64,000 nucleotides of DNA, taken from positions 4,352,001 through 4,416,000 of the forward strand of contig OZ252100.1 of the NCBI GenBank assembly GCA_965248435.1, read 5' to 3'. This DNA comes from Candidatus Latescibacterota bacterium (GTDB lineage Bacteria > Latescibacterota > UBA2968 > GCA-2709665). Below, piece by piece: positions 18,826-30,821 of this stretch; the stretch's first letter is position 1; each line of letters starts with the position of its first letter. A program made the translations under genes and the position numbers. The notes under the pieces are model-generated. The model searched no databases and had not been told where the DNA came from. It saw only the letters and a program-made list of their open reading frames with translations.

Positions 18826-20130
18826 GTGGCCGTAGAAGAATACAAGATTATTACCGAACTGTTTGGCGTTGAGAACCTTCAAGACATTGATGTCTACAAA
18901 GGGCATGGTGGATATAAAGCCCTGGAGAAGGCTCTGAAACTGACACCCGATGAGGTGATCGAGAACGTGAAGGAATCGGGACTTTCGGGGCGCGGTGGGG
19001 CCTGGTTCTCTACGGGGATGAAGTGGGGTTTTATGCCAAAGGAACCTGAGGTGCCTTCCTACCTGTGCGTGAACGCCGATGAGAGTGAGCCGGGGACGTT
19101 CAAGGACCGGCAGCTTCTGCAGGAGAATCCTCATCAGTTGCTGGAAGGTACGATTATCGCGGCGTATGCGATTCGGGCAAGCGTGGTCTACATCTACATC
19201 CGGGGCGAGATGTGGGAGGAACTGGTGCAGATGGACCGGATGATCGATCAGGCCCGCAAGGCTGGATACATCGGAAAGAACATCCTTGGAACGGGCTATG
19301 ATCTGGAGGTGTACACGCATCCTGGTGCAGGGGCCTATATATGTGGAGAGGAGATGGGTCTGATCGCATCCCTGGAGGGGAAGCGAGCCGAACCTCGCGC
19401 TAAGCCGCCTTTCCCGGCCCAAAAGGGGGCTTTTGATTGTCCGACCATCGTAAACAACGTGCAGACCCTATCCTATGTGCCCCACATCATCAACAGGGGT
19501 TCGGACTGGTTCAAAGGCATAGGCAGCGAGAAATTTCCAGGCACGTTCATTTTTTGCGTCAGCGGCCACGTGAAAAATCCTGGAATGTGGGAGCTGGAGA
19601 TCGGTTCAGCGACCATGCGGGAGATCGTCTACGATTTGGCAGGAGGGCTTCCGGAAGGCCGTAAGCTCAAGGCAGTGATCCCTGGAGGTGCGTCTACACC
19701 ACCCATGATGCCGGGCGAGATCGATATCGTGATGGATCCTTCCAACTTTCAAATACCCGGCAGGGGTGAATACAAGGGGATGTTCGGGACAGGAGGTGTT
19801 ATCGTGATGGATGATACCACCTGCGTCGTCGACGCCTTGTTGAATTTGATGAATTTCTTTGCACACGAGTCGTGCGGTCAGTGCACGCCGTGCAGGGAGG
19901 GATGTCCGTGGGCACGTGATATTCTCAGGCGAATCAAACACGGACAGGGCCTGCCGGAGGATCTGGATACGCTGTCAGATATCGCGAATCGCGTCTCTCC
20001 GTTCCTAGGACCCTGGACCACCATATGTCCGTTCGGGGCTGCCTTCTCCTATCCCATCCACGGATTCTTGCAGGTCTTTCGAAAGGATTTTGAGGCGCTG
20101 ATCAGCAATTACGCGATCAGTAAGAATTGA
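18826..20130 (+). CDS. nuoF: NADH-quinone oxidoreductase subunit F
   Basis: GRGGA, NADESEPGTFKDR, GAGAYICGEE, ESCGQCTPCREG...TICP. Confidence 0.96.
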   Translation: MAVEEYKIITELFGVENLQDIDVYKGHGGYKALEKALKLTPDEVIENVKESGLSGRGGAWFSTGMKWGFMPKEPEVPSYLCVNADESEPGTFKDRQLLQENPHQLLEGTIIAAYAIRASVVYIYIRGEMWEELVQMDRMIDQARKAGYIGKNILGTGYDLEVYTHPGAGAYICGEEMGLIASLEGKRAEPRAKPPFPAQKGAFDCPTIVNNVQTLSYVPHIINRGSDWFKGIGSEKFPGTFIFCVSGHVKNPGMWELEIGSATMREIVYDLAGGLPEGRKLKAVIPGGASTPPMMPGEIDIVMDPSNFQIPGRGEYKGMFGTGGVIVMDDTTCVVDALLNLMNFFAHESCGQCTPCREGCPWARDILRRIKHGQGLPEDLDTLSDIANRVSPFLGPWTTICPFGAAFSYPIHGFLQVFRKDFEALISNYAISKN

Positions 20131-20148
20131 ACATCCGGGTGATCATAG

Positions 20149-21750
20149 ATGGCTACTTTTACGATCGACGATAAAGAGATTGAGGTTGTTCCAGGCAGAA
20201 ACGTTTTGATGACGGCCCTGGATCAGGGGATTCACATCCCTCACTACTGTTACCATCCCGGATTGAGCGCACCGGCGAACTGCCGGATGTGCCTCGTGGA
20301 GATCGAGGCCAACGGGAGGCGTGGTCTCCTGCCTTCGTGCACGGCTATGCCGACAGAGGGCATGGTCGTTGAGACTCAGAGCGAGTTCGTCAAGGAGACA
20401 CACAAGGCGGTGATGGAGTTTCTGCTGATCAACCACCCGCTGGATTGTCCTGTTTGCGACCAGGCGGGCGAGTGTCACCTGCAGGACTACAGCTATTCCC
20501 ACGGTCCCGGAGAGAGCCGATTCTTTGAAGCCAAGTCGATCCAGCCAAAGAAGGACATCGGGGAACATACGCTGCTCTATTCGGATCGCTGTATCCGGTG
20601 CACGCGGTGCATTCGTTTCTGTGACGAGATCTCTGGTACGAGTGAGCTTGGCTATTTCAATCGCGGTGTGCACAACGAGGTTGATATCTTCCCCGGGATT
20701 CGTTTGGACAACCGGCTTTCGGGGAATACCGTGGACATCTGTCCCGTGGGTGCGCTGCTGGATAAGGACTTCCTGTTCAAGCAGCGGGTCTGGTTCCTCA
20801 AGGGCGTGGATACGATTTGCCCCGGCTGCAGCACAGGCTGCAACATTCGAGCGGACCTGAACAACGAGCGAATATACCGGCTCGTACCACGCGAAAACTC
20901 GGACGTGAACGACTACTGGATGTGCGATGACGGACGCCATGGCTGGGGATATGTTCACAGCGAAAACCGCCTGTTCTTTCCGCTCGTGGGAAAGGGGGAG
21001 GAGGAGGACCTGGTCCTTTGGGATGCGGCGCTGAACCGAGTCAAGGAGGGGTTAGAGGGTGTTCAGGGGACTCACGGAAGTGAAGCCGTCGCTGGATTTG
21101 TTTCCGGACACGTGACCAACGAAGAACAGTTTCTATTCGGCAGGCTTTTTGAAACGGTTCTCAAGGGCGGCCCTGTGGCGATCAGGACACGTGTCAGCTC
21201 GGAGGGAGACGTCGCGTTCAAGAGCGGGTTTACGATCCGGGCGGAAAAGTCGCCTAACGCGAGGGGAGCAGCGGAAATCCTGGGTGGTGTTAGCGTAGAT
21301 GCCCAGGAGATCTGGAGCGGCATAAACAGCGGCAAGATCAAGGCCCTCTACTTCCTCGGCGGAGATTCGGAAGAGGTGTTCACGGAGAGTGAGATGGAAA
21401 CGCTCGCCAAGCTGGATTTTCTGGTCGTCCAAACCATCTCGTCGAGCGATCTGACTCGAAGGGCCGACGTTGTGTTGGCGGGGGCGTCCTTCATTGAGAA
21501 AGATGGAACGTTCACCAACCACACCGGCCGCGTCCAGCGAATTCGGCGCGGGCTTGCACCCCCGGGTGATGCAAAAGCAGACTGGGAGATCTTGAAAGAC
21601 TTTCTGGAAGTTATGGGAACTGAAGCGGCGTACGAACAGGCAGAGGATGTCTTGGCCGATTTGGCCGGTTCCGTCAAAGTCTTCGAGGCTGTGGGCTTCG
21701 AGAAACTGGGGAATCAGGGGATGCCTCTGGGCGAAGCAAAAACAGAATGA
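20149..21750 (+). CDS. nuoG: NADH-quinone oxidoreductase subunit G (compact, 533 aa)
   Basis: CYHP..ANCRMC, NHPLDCPVCDQAGECHLQ, CIRCTRC..CPVGAL, CPGCSTGC...C. Confidence 0.94.
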   Translation: MATFTIDDKEIEVVPGRNVLMTALDQGIHIPHYCYHPGLSAPANCRMCLVEIEANGRRGLLPSCTAMPTEGMVVETQSEFVKETHKAVMEFLLINHPLDCPVCDQAGECHLQDYSYSHGPGESRFFEAKSIQPKKDIGEHTLLYSDRCIRCTRCIRFCDEISGTSELGYFNRGVHNEVDIFPGIRLDNRLSGNTVDICPVGALLDKDFLFKQRVWFLKGVDTICPGCSTGCNIRADLNNERIYRLVPRENSDVNDYWMCDDGRHGWGYVHSENRLFFPLVGKGEEEDLVLWDAALNRVKEGLEGVQGTHGSEAVAGFVSGHVTNEEQFLFGRLFETVLKGGPVAIRTRVSSEGDVAFKSGFTIRAEKSPNARGAAEILGGVSVDAQEIWSGINSGKIKALYFLGGDSEEVFTESEMETLAKLDFLVVQTISSSDLTRRADVVLAGASFIEKDGTFTNHTGRVQRIRRGLAPPGDAKADWEILKDFLEVMGTEAAYEQAEDVLADLAGSVKVFEAVGFEKLGNQGMPLGEAKTE

Positions 21751-21826
21751 TGGATATTGAAAAACTTCCCGATTCTGGAGTATTGCAGTACTGGATCACT
21801 CGACATTCTCTTTTAAGCATAACCAG

Positions 21827-22873
21827 GTGTTTATGGATTACGCGCTCGAAAGCTTGATTAAGGTCGTTGTTGTGATCGCAGTTCTGCTGGGTGCGGTCGC
21901 CTACCTCGTATTGGCCGAAAGAAAGGTGAGTGCGTTCATCCAGAATCGGTTGGGACCGAACCGCGTGGGGCCCTGGGGACTGCTTCAGCCGCTGGCAGAC
22001 GGTCTCAAATTTCTGTTCAAGGAAGATGTCATTCCCAACCACGTGAATCTCGTCGTCTATCTGGCCGCCCCCCCCGCGATTCTGATTCCGGCCTTGATTG
22101 GGTTTGCGGTGATCCCGTTCGGTGACACCATTACCTTGTTTGGAAGGAACGTCCAACTTCAGATCGCCGACGTGAATGTCGGCATCCTTTACATTCTTGC
22201 GATGGGCTCGCTCGGGGTCTACGGGGTCGTGCTCGGGGGGTGGGCTTCCAACAACAAATACGCTCTTCTGGGGGGTATTCGGGCCTCCGCTCAGATGATC
22301 AGCTACGAGCTTTCACTCGGCTTGTCTCTGATTGGTGTACTGATGATTTCGGAATCCCTGCGTCTTAACGATATCGTGAACGTCCAGGCATCACATACGC
22401 TGTTCGGATTTCTACCGCGCTGGAACGTATTCACACAGCCCCTCGCATTTGTCATCTTTACAACCTCGGCGTTTGCCGAAGCAAACCGGCTGCCATTCGA
22501 TCTGCCTGAATCTGAACAAGAGCTTGTCGCAGGCTACCACGCCGAGTACAGTAGCCTGAAGTTCGCCATGTTTTTCATGGCTGAGTATGCCCACATGATT
22601 ACGGCCTCCGCCGTGGTGGCTACGCTTTTCTTCGGAGGATGGCACGTCCCCTGGCTGATCGAACCGGGTGACGTCTCGCTGCAAGCAAGCCTTTTGAAGG
22701 TGGCTGCGTTCGCGGTCAAGACCGGGTTCTTTATGTTCCTCTTCCTTTGGGTACGTTGGACCCTGCCCCGGTTTCGCTATGATCAGGTGATGTGGTTGGG
22801 GTGGAGGGTGTTGCTGCCCCTTTCGCTGTTGAACGTCTTCGTGACCGGACTGCTGATTACTCTGGCCAGGTAA
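21827..22873 (+). CDS. nuoH: NADH-quinone oxidoreductase subunit H (start 21827 or 21833)
   Basis: ERKV..QNRLGPNRVG, QPLADGLK, PFDLPESE, PRFRYDQ. Confidence 0.96.
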   Translation: MFMDYALESLIKVVVVIAVLLGAVAYLVLAERKVSAFIQNRLGPNRVGPWGLLQPLADGLKFLFKEDVIPNHVNLVVYLAAPPAILIPALIGFAVIPFGDTITLFGRNVQLQIADVNVGILYILAMGSLGVYGVVLGGWASNNKYALLGGIRASAQMISYELSLGLSLIGVLMISESLRLNDIVNVQASHTLFGFLPRWNVFTQPLAFVIFTTSAFAEANRLPFDLPESEQELVAGYHAEYSSLKFAMFFMAEYAHMITASAVVATLFFGGWHVPWLIEPGDVSLQASLLKVAAFAVKTGFFMFLFLWVRWTLPRFRYDQVMWLGWRVLLPLSLLNVFVTGLLITLAR

Positions 22874-22898
22874 GCAAGCAGCCGGCCTGGGAGGGAAG

Positions 22899-23420
22899 AT
22901 GGAGGCGTTTTTCTTCTTTCTGTTCGCCTTTGTCGCCGTGGTATCCGCGGTACTGCTTGTCCTGTTCCGAAACCCGGTCTACTGCGCCCTGTCGCTAGTG
23001 GGAACGTTTTTCGCCCTGGCAGGGCTTTTTGTTTTGCTGGAGGCCTACTTCCTCGCGGCGGTCCAGGTGATCGTCTATGCCGGGGCGATTATGGTCCTTT
23101 TTTTGTTCGTGATTATGCTCTTGAACCTGGGCCACGGAGATGCAGAGCCAATGCCGGGACGCTACAGGCAGTTCGCAGTAATCCTTCTGATGGCCATCCT
23201 CGTTACCCAGGTGGGTATCGTTGCGGGTCGACAGTTGAACGCAACAGCTTCTGCCGAACGGTCCGCGATGCAGGAAGAGAACGTGTCATATCTTGGCAAA
23301 CTGCTGTTCACAGATTTTCTATTTCCGTTTGAGGTCGTAGGAATCATCCTTCTCGTGGCGCTGATCGGGGTGATCGTACTGGTCAAGCGGGAGCCGACGG
23401 GGACTGGTGATCAAACGTAG
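22899..23420 (+). CDS. nuoJ: NADH-quinone oxidoreductase subunit J
   Basis: [23 protein letters not shown]. Confidence 0.95.
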   Translation: MEAFFFFLFAFVAVVSAVLLVLFRNPVYCALSLVGTFFALAGLFVLLEAYFLAAVQVIVYAGAIMVLFLFVIMLLNLGHGDAEPMPGRYRQFAVILLMAILVTQVGIVAGRQLNATASAERSAMQEENVSYLGKLLFTDFLFPFEVVGIILLVALIGVIVLVKREPTGTGDQT

Positions 23421-23449
23421 TCGTTGCACGGAAACTACCGGTGTTTGAA

Positions 23450-23755
23450 ATGGCGATACCGATCTCATACTACGTGATTTTGAGCGCGATCCTGTTTGCG
23501 ATCGGCGTTGCGGGGGTGCTGACCCGGCGCAATGCAATCGTCATATTCATGTGTATCGAGTTGATGCTGAACGCCGTCAACCTCCTGTTTGTGGCCTTCG
23601 CTCGACACAATGGCGTGGGTTCGGGTCAAGTCTTCGTCTTCTTCGTGATGGCGGTTGCCGCCGCGGAAGTGGCCGTTGGACTGGCGATCATCATCGCCCT
23701 GTTCAGGAACAGAGAGACAATAGATGTAACACAGGTGAATCTGCTCAAATGGTAG
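23450..23755 (+). CDS. nuoK: NADH-quinone oxidoreductase subunit K
   Basis: [23 protein letters not shown]. Confidence 0.95.
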   Translation: MAIPISYYVILSAILFAIGVAGVLTRRNAIVIFMCIELMLNAVNLLFVAFARHNGVGSGQVFVFFVMAVAAAEVAVGLAIIIALFRNRETIDVTQVNLLKW

Positions 23756-23796
23756 ATGGGTATCGATTGCGGAACCGCAGAGGGTGCGGAGAAGTA

Positions 23797-23995
23797 CGAA
23801 TAGTGAATATCGAACAGCAGAATGTCGAATGATAAAGGAAAAAGCCGAGTGGCGTGTTGCGATCTAGCTGCTCCAGTACTCGTGGTTTTGTTCCTTACTC
23901 CTTCGACATTCGGCGTTCATTATTCGACATTCGCTATTCTCTTTTGATTCTGCTCCGGACTCTGGTTACTAACTCGAATCTCGAAACTCGAAACT
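23797..23995. repeat. Inverted gaatgtc-type 7-mer arrays plus an aactcga array between nuoK and nuoL
   Basis: gaatagt-gaatatc-gaacagca-gaatgtc-gaatgat ... ttcgacattcggcgttcattattcgacattcgctattc, then aactcga-atctcga-aactcga. Confidence 0.85.
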
Positions 23996-24002
23996 GATTC
24001 CC

Positions 24003-25865
<1,863 letters not shown>

Positions 25866-25880
25866 TCCAGAAACTCTGAC

Positions 25881-27449
25881 ATGCCCGGACTGCTTACCAT
25901 ACTCATCTTCTTCCCTCTGGCGGGGGCCGTAATTGTCATGCTCTTCGGCCGGGGAAGAGACAATTTCAGCAGGGTGGCGGCGCTCGCCGTTTCGATCGTC
26001 GATTTCGTCCTTGCGATTCCCCTGTTCCTCCGGTTTAGAGCAGATGCCCACGCGATGCAATTCGTGGAACGGGTCCCGTGGGTGGAGAATCTCGGGATAA
26101 GCTACCACTTGGGAATCGACGGAATCAGCCTCCTGCTGGTTCTGATCACGACGCTCCTGACCTGGATATCGATTCTGGCGTCGTGGACAGCGATCACGTC
26201 GCGCGTGCGCGAGTTCATGGCCGCCATGTTGCTCCTTGAAACGGGGATGCTCGGCGTCTTCTGTTCGATTGACCTTTTTCTGTTTTACGTCTTCTGGGAG
26301 GCGATGCTGATCCCGATGTACCTGTTGATCGGCGTCTGGGGGGGCGAGCGGAGGATCTACGCGACGATCAAATTCGTGCTCTTCACATTGGCTGGAAGCC
26401 TGCTGATGCTCGTCGCGATCATCTATCTCTATTTTCTGCACGGCCAGGAGACAGGGGTCTACACGTTCGATTTGCTGACGCTTTACGGGTTCTCCGTTGC
26501 CCGTGAAGCACAGTACTGGCTCTTTGCTGCCTTCTTCCTCAGTTTCGCGATCAAGGTGCCTCTGTTCCCGTTTCACACCTGGCTGCCGGATGCCCACGTC
26601 GAGGCCCCCACTGCCGGGAGCGTGATCCTTGCCGGCGTCCTCCTGAAGATGGGCACGTACGGACTGGTCCGATTCTGTCTCCCGCTCTTTCCACTGGCCT
26701 CGCTTCATTTCACGCCTCTGATTATGGTCTTCTCCGTGATCGGCATCATCTACGGCGCGCTCGTGGCGATGGTTCAGCCGGACATCAAGAAGCTCGTGGC
26801 CTATTCCAGCGTGAGCCACCTCGGGTTTGTCGTGCTCGGAATTTTTGCGCTCAATGTACAGGGCCTTCAGGGCGGAATTATCCAGATGGTGAATCACGGA
26901 CTATCCACGGGTGCGCTGTTCCTGATCGTCGGGATGATCTACGAGCGGCGGCACACCCGGCTTATTTCTGATTTCGGTGGACTGGCAAGAACGATACCGG
27001 TGTTCGCCACGTTCTTCATGATCACGACCATGTCTTCGATCGGCGTCCCCGGGCTGAACGGATTCGTGGGTGAATTCCTGATTTTGCTGGGGGCATTCAA
27101 GGCGAGCTGGGTGCTCGGGATCATCGCCACGATGGGGATTGTCCTGGCGGCGGTCTACATGCTCTGGATGTTTCAGAGGGTCGTCTGGGGGGAAGTGACT
27201 CACGAAGAAAATCGGGGCCTGACAGATCTTTCGATCAGGGAATGGGTGGTTATGCTACCGCTCGTGCTTCTGATGTTCTGGATCGGGATCTACCCAAAGA
27301 CCTTTCTATCGAAGACAGAGACATCCGCCAAGCACCTGATCTCACACGTACACGGTCGTCAGATGCAGGGATCAGACAGGGACTACGCCCTCGATCCGTC
27401 CAACCGCACACCGTTCGCCTCACTGAAATCCCACGGGAGGAGCAAGTAA
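25881..27449 (+). CDS. nuoM: NADH-quinone oxidoreductase subunit M
   Basis: FYVFWE, KVPLFPFHTWLPDAHVEAPT, LLKMGTYG, GFVGEF. Confidence 0.97.
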   Translation: MPGLLTILIFFPLAGAVIVMLFGRGRDNFSRVAALAVSIVDFVLAIPLFLRFRADAHAMQFVERVPWVENLGISYHLGIDGISLLLVLITTLLTWISILASWTAITSRVREFMAAMLLLETGMLGVFCSIDLFLFYVFWEAMLIPMYLLIGVWGGERRIYATIKFVLFTLAGSLLMLVAIIYLYFLHGQETGVYTFDLLTLYGFSVAREAQYWLFAAFFLSFAIKVPLFPFHTWLPDAHVEAPTAGSVILAGVLLKMGTYGLVRFCLPLFPLASLHFTPLIMVFSVIGIIYGALVAMVQPDIKKLVAYSSVSHLGFVVLGIFALNVQGLQGGIIQMVNHGLSTGALFLIVGMIYERRHTRLISDFGGLARTIPVFATFFMITTMSSIGVPGLNGFVGEFLILLGAFKASWVLGIIATMGIVLAAVYMLWMFQRVVWGEVTHEENRGLTDLSIREWVVMLPLVLLMFWIGIYPKTFLSKTETSAKHLISHVHGRQMQGSDRDYALDPSNRTPFASLKSHGRSK

Positions 27450-28924
27450 TGGGATGGAACCTCTTGGTGTTTTTGTTGATCGCGTTTGGCACCCCAACCG
27501 ACACGTTTGCTGCAGGCGGGGGAGGTGAGCAGGCGAATCTAGGCGAAATGTTGTCTCTGTGGAGCGTCATCCCGTTTATCGGGATCCTGCTATCGATTGC
27601 CGTTATACCTCTTGTGAATTCCCATTGGTGGCACCACAACTTTGGAAGAGTGTCCGCAGCCTGGGCGCTGATCTTCGCGATTCCCTTCCTGTTCGCCTAC
27701 AGAGGAGACGCCTTCCACGAAATCCTGCATATTTACCTGGCCGATTATTTCCCGTTCATCATTCTCTTGTGGGGGCTGTATACCGCGGCCGGCGGGATCG
27801 TGGTGCGGGGGTCTATTGCTGGAACGCCGGTGGCGAACACCGTCATGCTTTTCATCGGTACGGTTCTGGCGTCGTGGATGGGGACGACAGGGGCCTCGAT
27901 GGTGCTCATCCGTCCGATTCTGAGGGCCAATGCGACCCGAAAGTCGAAAGTCCACGTGGTGGTCTTCTTCATCTTTCTTGTGAGCAACATCGGGGGCTCG
28001 CTCACACCCCTTGGCGATCCGCCCCTCTTCCTGGGCTTCCTCCACGGGGTTCCTTTCTTCTGGACCATGGCTCTGCTTCCAGAGATGGCCGCGATCTCGC
28101 TGGCCCTCCTGGGGATCTTCTTCGTGGTAGATACGATCTACTACAAGCGCGAGCAGGGGCAGGTACCGGAGGGGGAGGCCTCAGCAGAGAAGGCTCCGCT
28201 CGGCGTCGATGGGCTCTACAACCTGATCTTTCTGGGTGGGGTGATGGGCGCTGTGCTGCTGAGCGGTTTCTGGAATCCTCACGTGGAGCTGAACGTCCTC
28301 GGTGTGCACATCGCTTTGCAAAGTCTGGTGCGTGATGTGTTGATTATCGTAATGGGTCTGCTTTCGCTCAAGTTTACGCCCTGGACGCTCCGGGAGGCGA
28401 ACGGGTTCACCTGGTTTCCGATCAAGGAGGTGGGCTACCTGTTCGCGGGGATCTTTATGACTATCGTTCCGGCGCTCGCGATCTTGAAGGCCGGGGAGCA
28501 GGGCAGTCTGGCCTTCGTCATTCGCGCCGCGAAAAACGAAGCCAGCTATTTCTGGATCACAGGCGTGCTGTCCAGCTTCCTGGACAACGCCCCGACATAC
28601 CTGACGTTCTTTACCTCTGCCCTCGGCAAGCTGGGGCTGACAGAGGATACGATCCGCCAGGCCCTACGCATGGCACCAGAGGCGTGGGGCACGCTGGGTG
28701 CGGATCCAGCGCAGATCGCACGATTCGTAGCGTTTCTGAAGGCGATCTCCTTAGGCGCGGTGTTCATGGGTGCGAACACCTACATCGGAAACGCCCCGAA
28801 CTTCATGGTCAAATCGATCGCCGAAGAGAACGGCGTTCCCATGCCCAGCTTCTTCGGGTATATGCTCTACTCAGTCTTGATCCTGGTACCGCTGTTCATA
28901 ATTCTGACGTTTGTTATCTATTAA
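27449..28924 (+). CDS. Ion-transporter superfamily protein (sodium:proton antiporter / putative citrate transporter type)
   Basis: Multi-TM protein with motifs SNIGGSLTPLGDPP, SSFLDNAPTY, GANTYIGNAPN. TAATG overlap with the nuoM stop; signal-peptide-like N-terminus. Confidence 0.88.
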   Translation: MGWNLLVFLLIAFGTPTDTFAAGGGGEQANLGEMLSLWSVIPFIGILLSIAVIPLVNSHWWHHNFGRVSAAWALIFAIPFLFAYRGDAFHEILHIYLADYFPFIILLWGLYTAAGGIVVRGSIAGTPVANTVMLFIGTVLASWMGTTGASMVLIRPILRANATRKSKVHVVVFFIFLVSNIGGSLTPLGDPPLFLGFLHGVPFFWTMALLPEMAAISLALLGIFFVVDTIYYKREQGQVPEGEASAEKAPLGVDGLYNLIFLGGVMGAVLLSGFWNPHVELNVLGVHIALQSLVRDVLIIVMGLLSLKFTPWTLREANGFTWFPIKEVGYLFAGIFMTIVPALAILKAGEQGSLAFVIRAAKNEASYFWITGVLSSFLDNAPTYLTFFTSALGKLGLTEDTIRQALRMAPEAWGTLGADPAQIARFVAFLKAISLGAVFMGANTYIGNAPNFMVKSIAEENGVPMPSFFGYMLYSVLILVPLFIILTFVIY

Positions 28925-29041
28925 GACATTGTAAAATATTATTTTAAGTTGAATTCAGGGACAATCGGCCTTTTCGCTTGACTTTTTATTCGACCTGAGA
29001 TTTATTAATATATCTAATGAATTTTTCCGGGGCTTACTCGT
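28925..29041 (+). promoter_or_regulatory. AT-rich spacer, possible internal promoter for nuoN-atp
   Basis: Marked AT enrichment; TTGACT at 28978-28983 followed 17-19 nt later by TTTATTAAT. Confidence 0.4.
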
Positions 29042-30493
29042 TTGTCTGACCTGAATTGGACCATTCTCATACCGGCGTTGATCGTGTCGGGGGCCTTCCT
29101 GCTGGTGCTCTGCATCGACATCGTGTGGCCAAAGAACAGGGGGACGCCGGCAGCTTATGTGGCGCTCTTTGGGACGGTCGTAGCGCTGATCCCCTCATTG
29201 CCCGGGATTGGGCTTTGGGGACGGTGGGAATACGGAATCAGCGGGATGATGGTCCTGGACAATTTTGCGCTTTTCTCGAATGCGATCTTCCTGATCGGGA
29301 CCGGGTTGACGATCGCGATATCGAGGGGCTACCTGGCTCGTGAGGTCGCCTCGCGCAGCGAATACTACCTGCTGCTGCTTTCGGCAACGCTCGGAATGAT
29401 GCTGATGGCCGCGGCCGGAGACCTGATCGTGATCTTCCTGGGCATCGAGCTGATGTCCATCTCGCTCTACATCCTGGTCGGCTTTCTGAGGGGGCGGCCG
29501 ACATCGAACGAGGCCTCCCTGAAGTACCTGCTGCTCGGGGCCTTCGCGACAGGCTTCCTGCTTTACGGCATTGCCCTCGTCTACGGGGCTGTCGGGACGA
29601 CCAACCTGCGAGAGATCGGACTGGCCCTCTCACAGGGACGGTTCAGCGGAGATTTCGTCCTGCTCGGGGGTCTCGCGATGTTGATCGTCGGGTTCGGGTT
29701 CAAGGTGGCAGCAGTGCCGTTCCATATGTGGGCGCCTGACGTCTACGAGGGGGCACCGACCGCGATCACGGCGTTCATTTCGGCGGGACCCAAGGCGGCC
29801 GCCTTTGTTGCCTTTCTCAGGGTGCTGACGGTGTCCATGCCGTCGCTCCGGGTCGAGTGGACGGCAGCACTCTGGGTGCTGGCGGTCTTGACGATGACCG
29901 TGGGCAATCTGAGTGCACTCAGTCAGCGCAGCATCAAACGGATGTTGGCCTACTCGAGTGTGGCCCACGCCGGTTACTTGCTCGTGGCCTTGGCCGCTGG
30001 AAGCGAAAGAGGAATTTCCTCCGCGCTGTTTTACCTCATGGCCTACACATTTATGAATATCGGGGCGTTTGCGGTCGTCATTCTCGTAGGCCGAAAAGGG
30101 GAAGAAAATCTGGACATTTCCGGCTATGCAGGGCTCGGATTTCGGCATCCCGGCCTTGGACTCGCGATGACGCTATTCATGGTGTCGCTTGCCGGGCTTC
30201 CTCCCACTGCGGGCTTCTTTGGAAAATTCTATATCTTCAGCGCCGCGGTTGAAGCCGGGCTGGTTTCCCTGGCCATCATCGGGGTCCTCAACAGCCTGGT
30301 TTCTGTCTACTTCTACCTGGGCGTCGTCGTCAGCATGTATATGCGTCAGCCCTCGGTGGAACCCCCTGCACTGCCCATGCCACTGTTTTCTCGCGCGGCG
30401 GTGCTGATCACGTTTTTAGCGACCCTATACATCGGTGTCTCTCCATCCGGCCTTCTGGAGAAGGCCTTGGAGACGATCTCATCCCTTATGTGA
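29042..30493 (+). CDS. nuoN: NADH-quinone oxidoreductase subunit N
   Basis: GIELMS, EASLKY, FKVAAVPFHMWAPDVYEGAPT, KRMLAYSS. Confidence 0.96.
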   Translation: MSDLNWTILIPALIVSGAFLLVLCIDIVWPKNRGTPAAYVALFGTVVALIPSLPGIGLWGRWEYGISGMMVLDNFALFSNAIFLIGTGLTIAISRGYLAREVASRSEYYLLLLSATLGMMLMAAAGDLIVIFLGIELMSISLYILVGFLRGRPTSNEASLKYLLLGAFATGFLLYGIALVYGAVGTTNLREIGLALSQGRFSGDFVLLGGLAMLIVGFGFKVAAVPFHMWAPDVYEGAPTAITAFISAGPKAAAFVAFLRVLTVSMPSLRVEWTAALWVLAVLTMTVGNLSALSQRSIKRMLAYSSVAHAGYLLVALAAGSERGISSALFYLMAYTFMNIGAFAVVILVGRKGEENLDISGYAGLGFRHPGLGLAMTLFMVSLAGLPPTAGFFGKFYIFSAAVEAGLVSLAIIGVLNSLVSVYFYLGVVVSMYMRQPSVEPPALPMPLFSRAAVLITFLATLYIGVSPSGLLEKALETISSLM

Positions 30494-30539
30494 CATCTGG
30501 ATCCTGAAACTCTGATCCTGTCTTCCAGGACCCCCGCTC

Positions 30540-30818
30540 ATGGCAGGGGAATCTAAATCGTCCAGCCGGGCTCGAGTTTACAGCCAGGTCGGACCCTATC
30601 TGGGCCTTGGTGTCGAGCTTGTCGCACCTGTCTTGTTCTGCATGGCCGTGGGATGGTGGCTTGACAAGCGGTTTGAAACCTCGCCGATGTTGATGCTTGT
30701 AGGCGCGTTTGTGGGTGCGGGCGTTGGTTTTTACAGTTTCTTCAGGACGGTGCTTCGGCTTCAGGGGAATAAGCCAGAGGCCGAAGGAGATGAGCAGACG
30801 CCTGAAGAGCAGGAGTGA
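30540..30818 (+). CDS. AtpZ/AtpI (gene 1) family protein
   Basis: GWWLDKRF motif, two TM helices, first gene of the atp operon. Confidence 0.85.
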   Translation: MAGESKSSSRARVYSQVGPYLGLGVELVAPVLFCMAVGWWLDKRFETSPMLMLVGAFVGAGVGFYSFFRTVLRLQGNKPEAEGDEQTPEEQE

Positions 30819-30821
30819 CGG

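Noticed and set aside
20149-21750. Truncated or pseudogenised nuoG
   Set aside because: All Fe-S motifs are present, the frame is intact and no continuation is seen downstream; compact NuoG forms exist.
23797-23995. CRISPR array interpretation of the intergenic repeats
   Set aside because: Units are 7 nt and degenerate, with no repeat-spacer periodicity and no cas genes.
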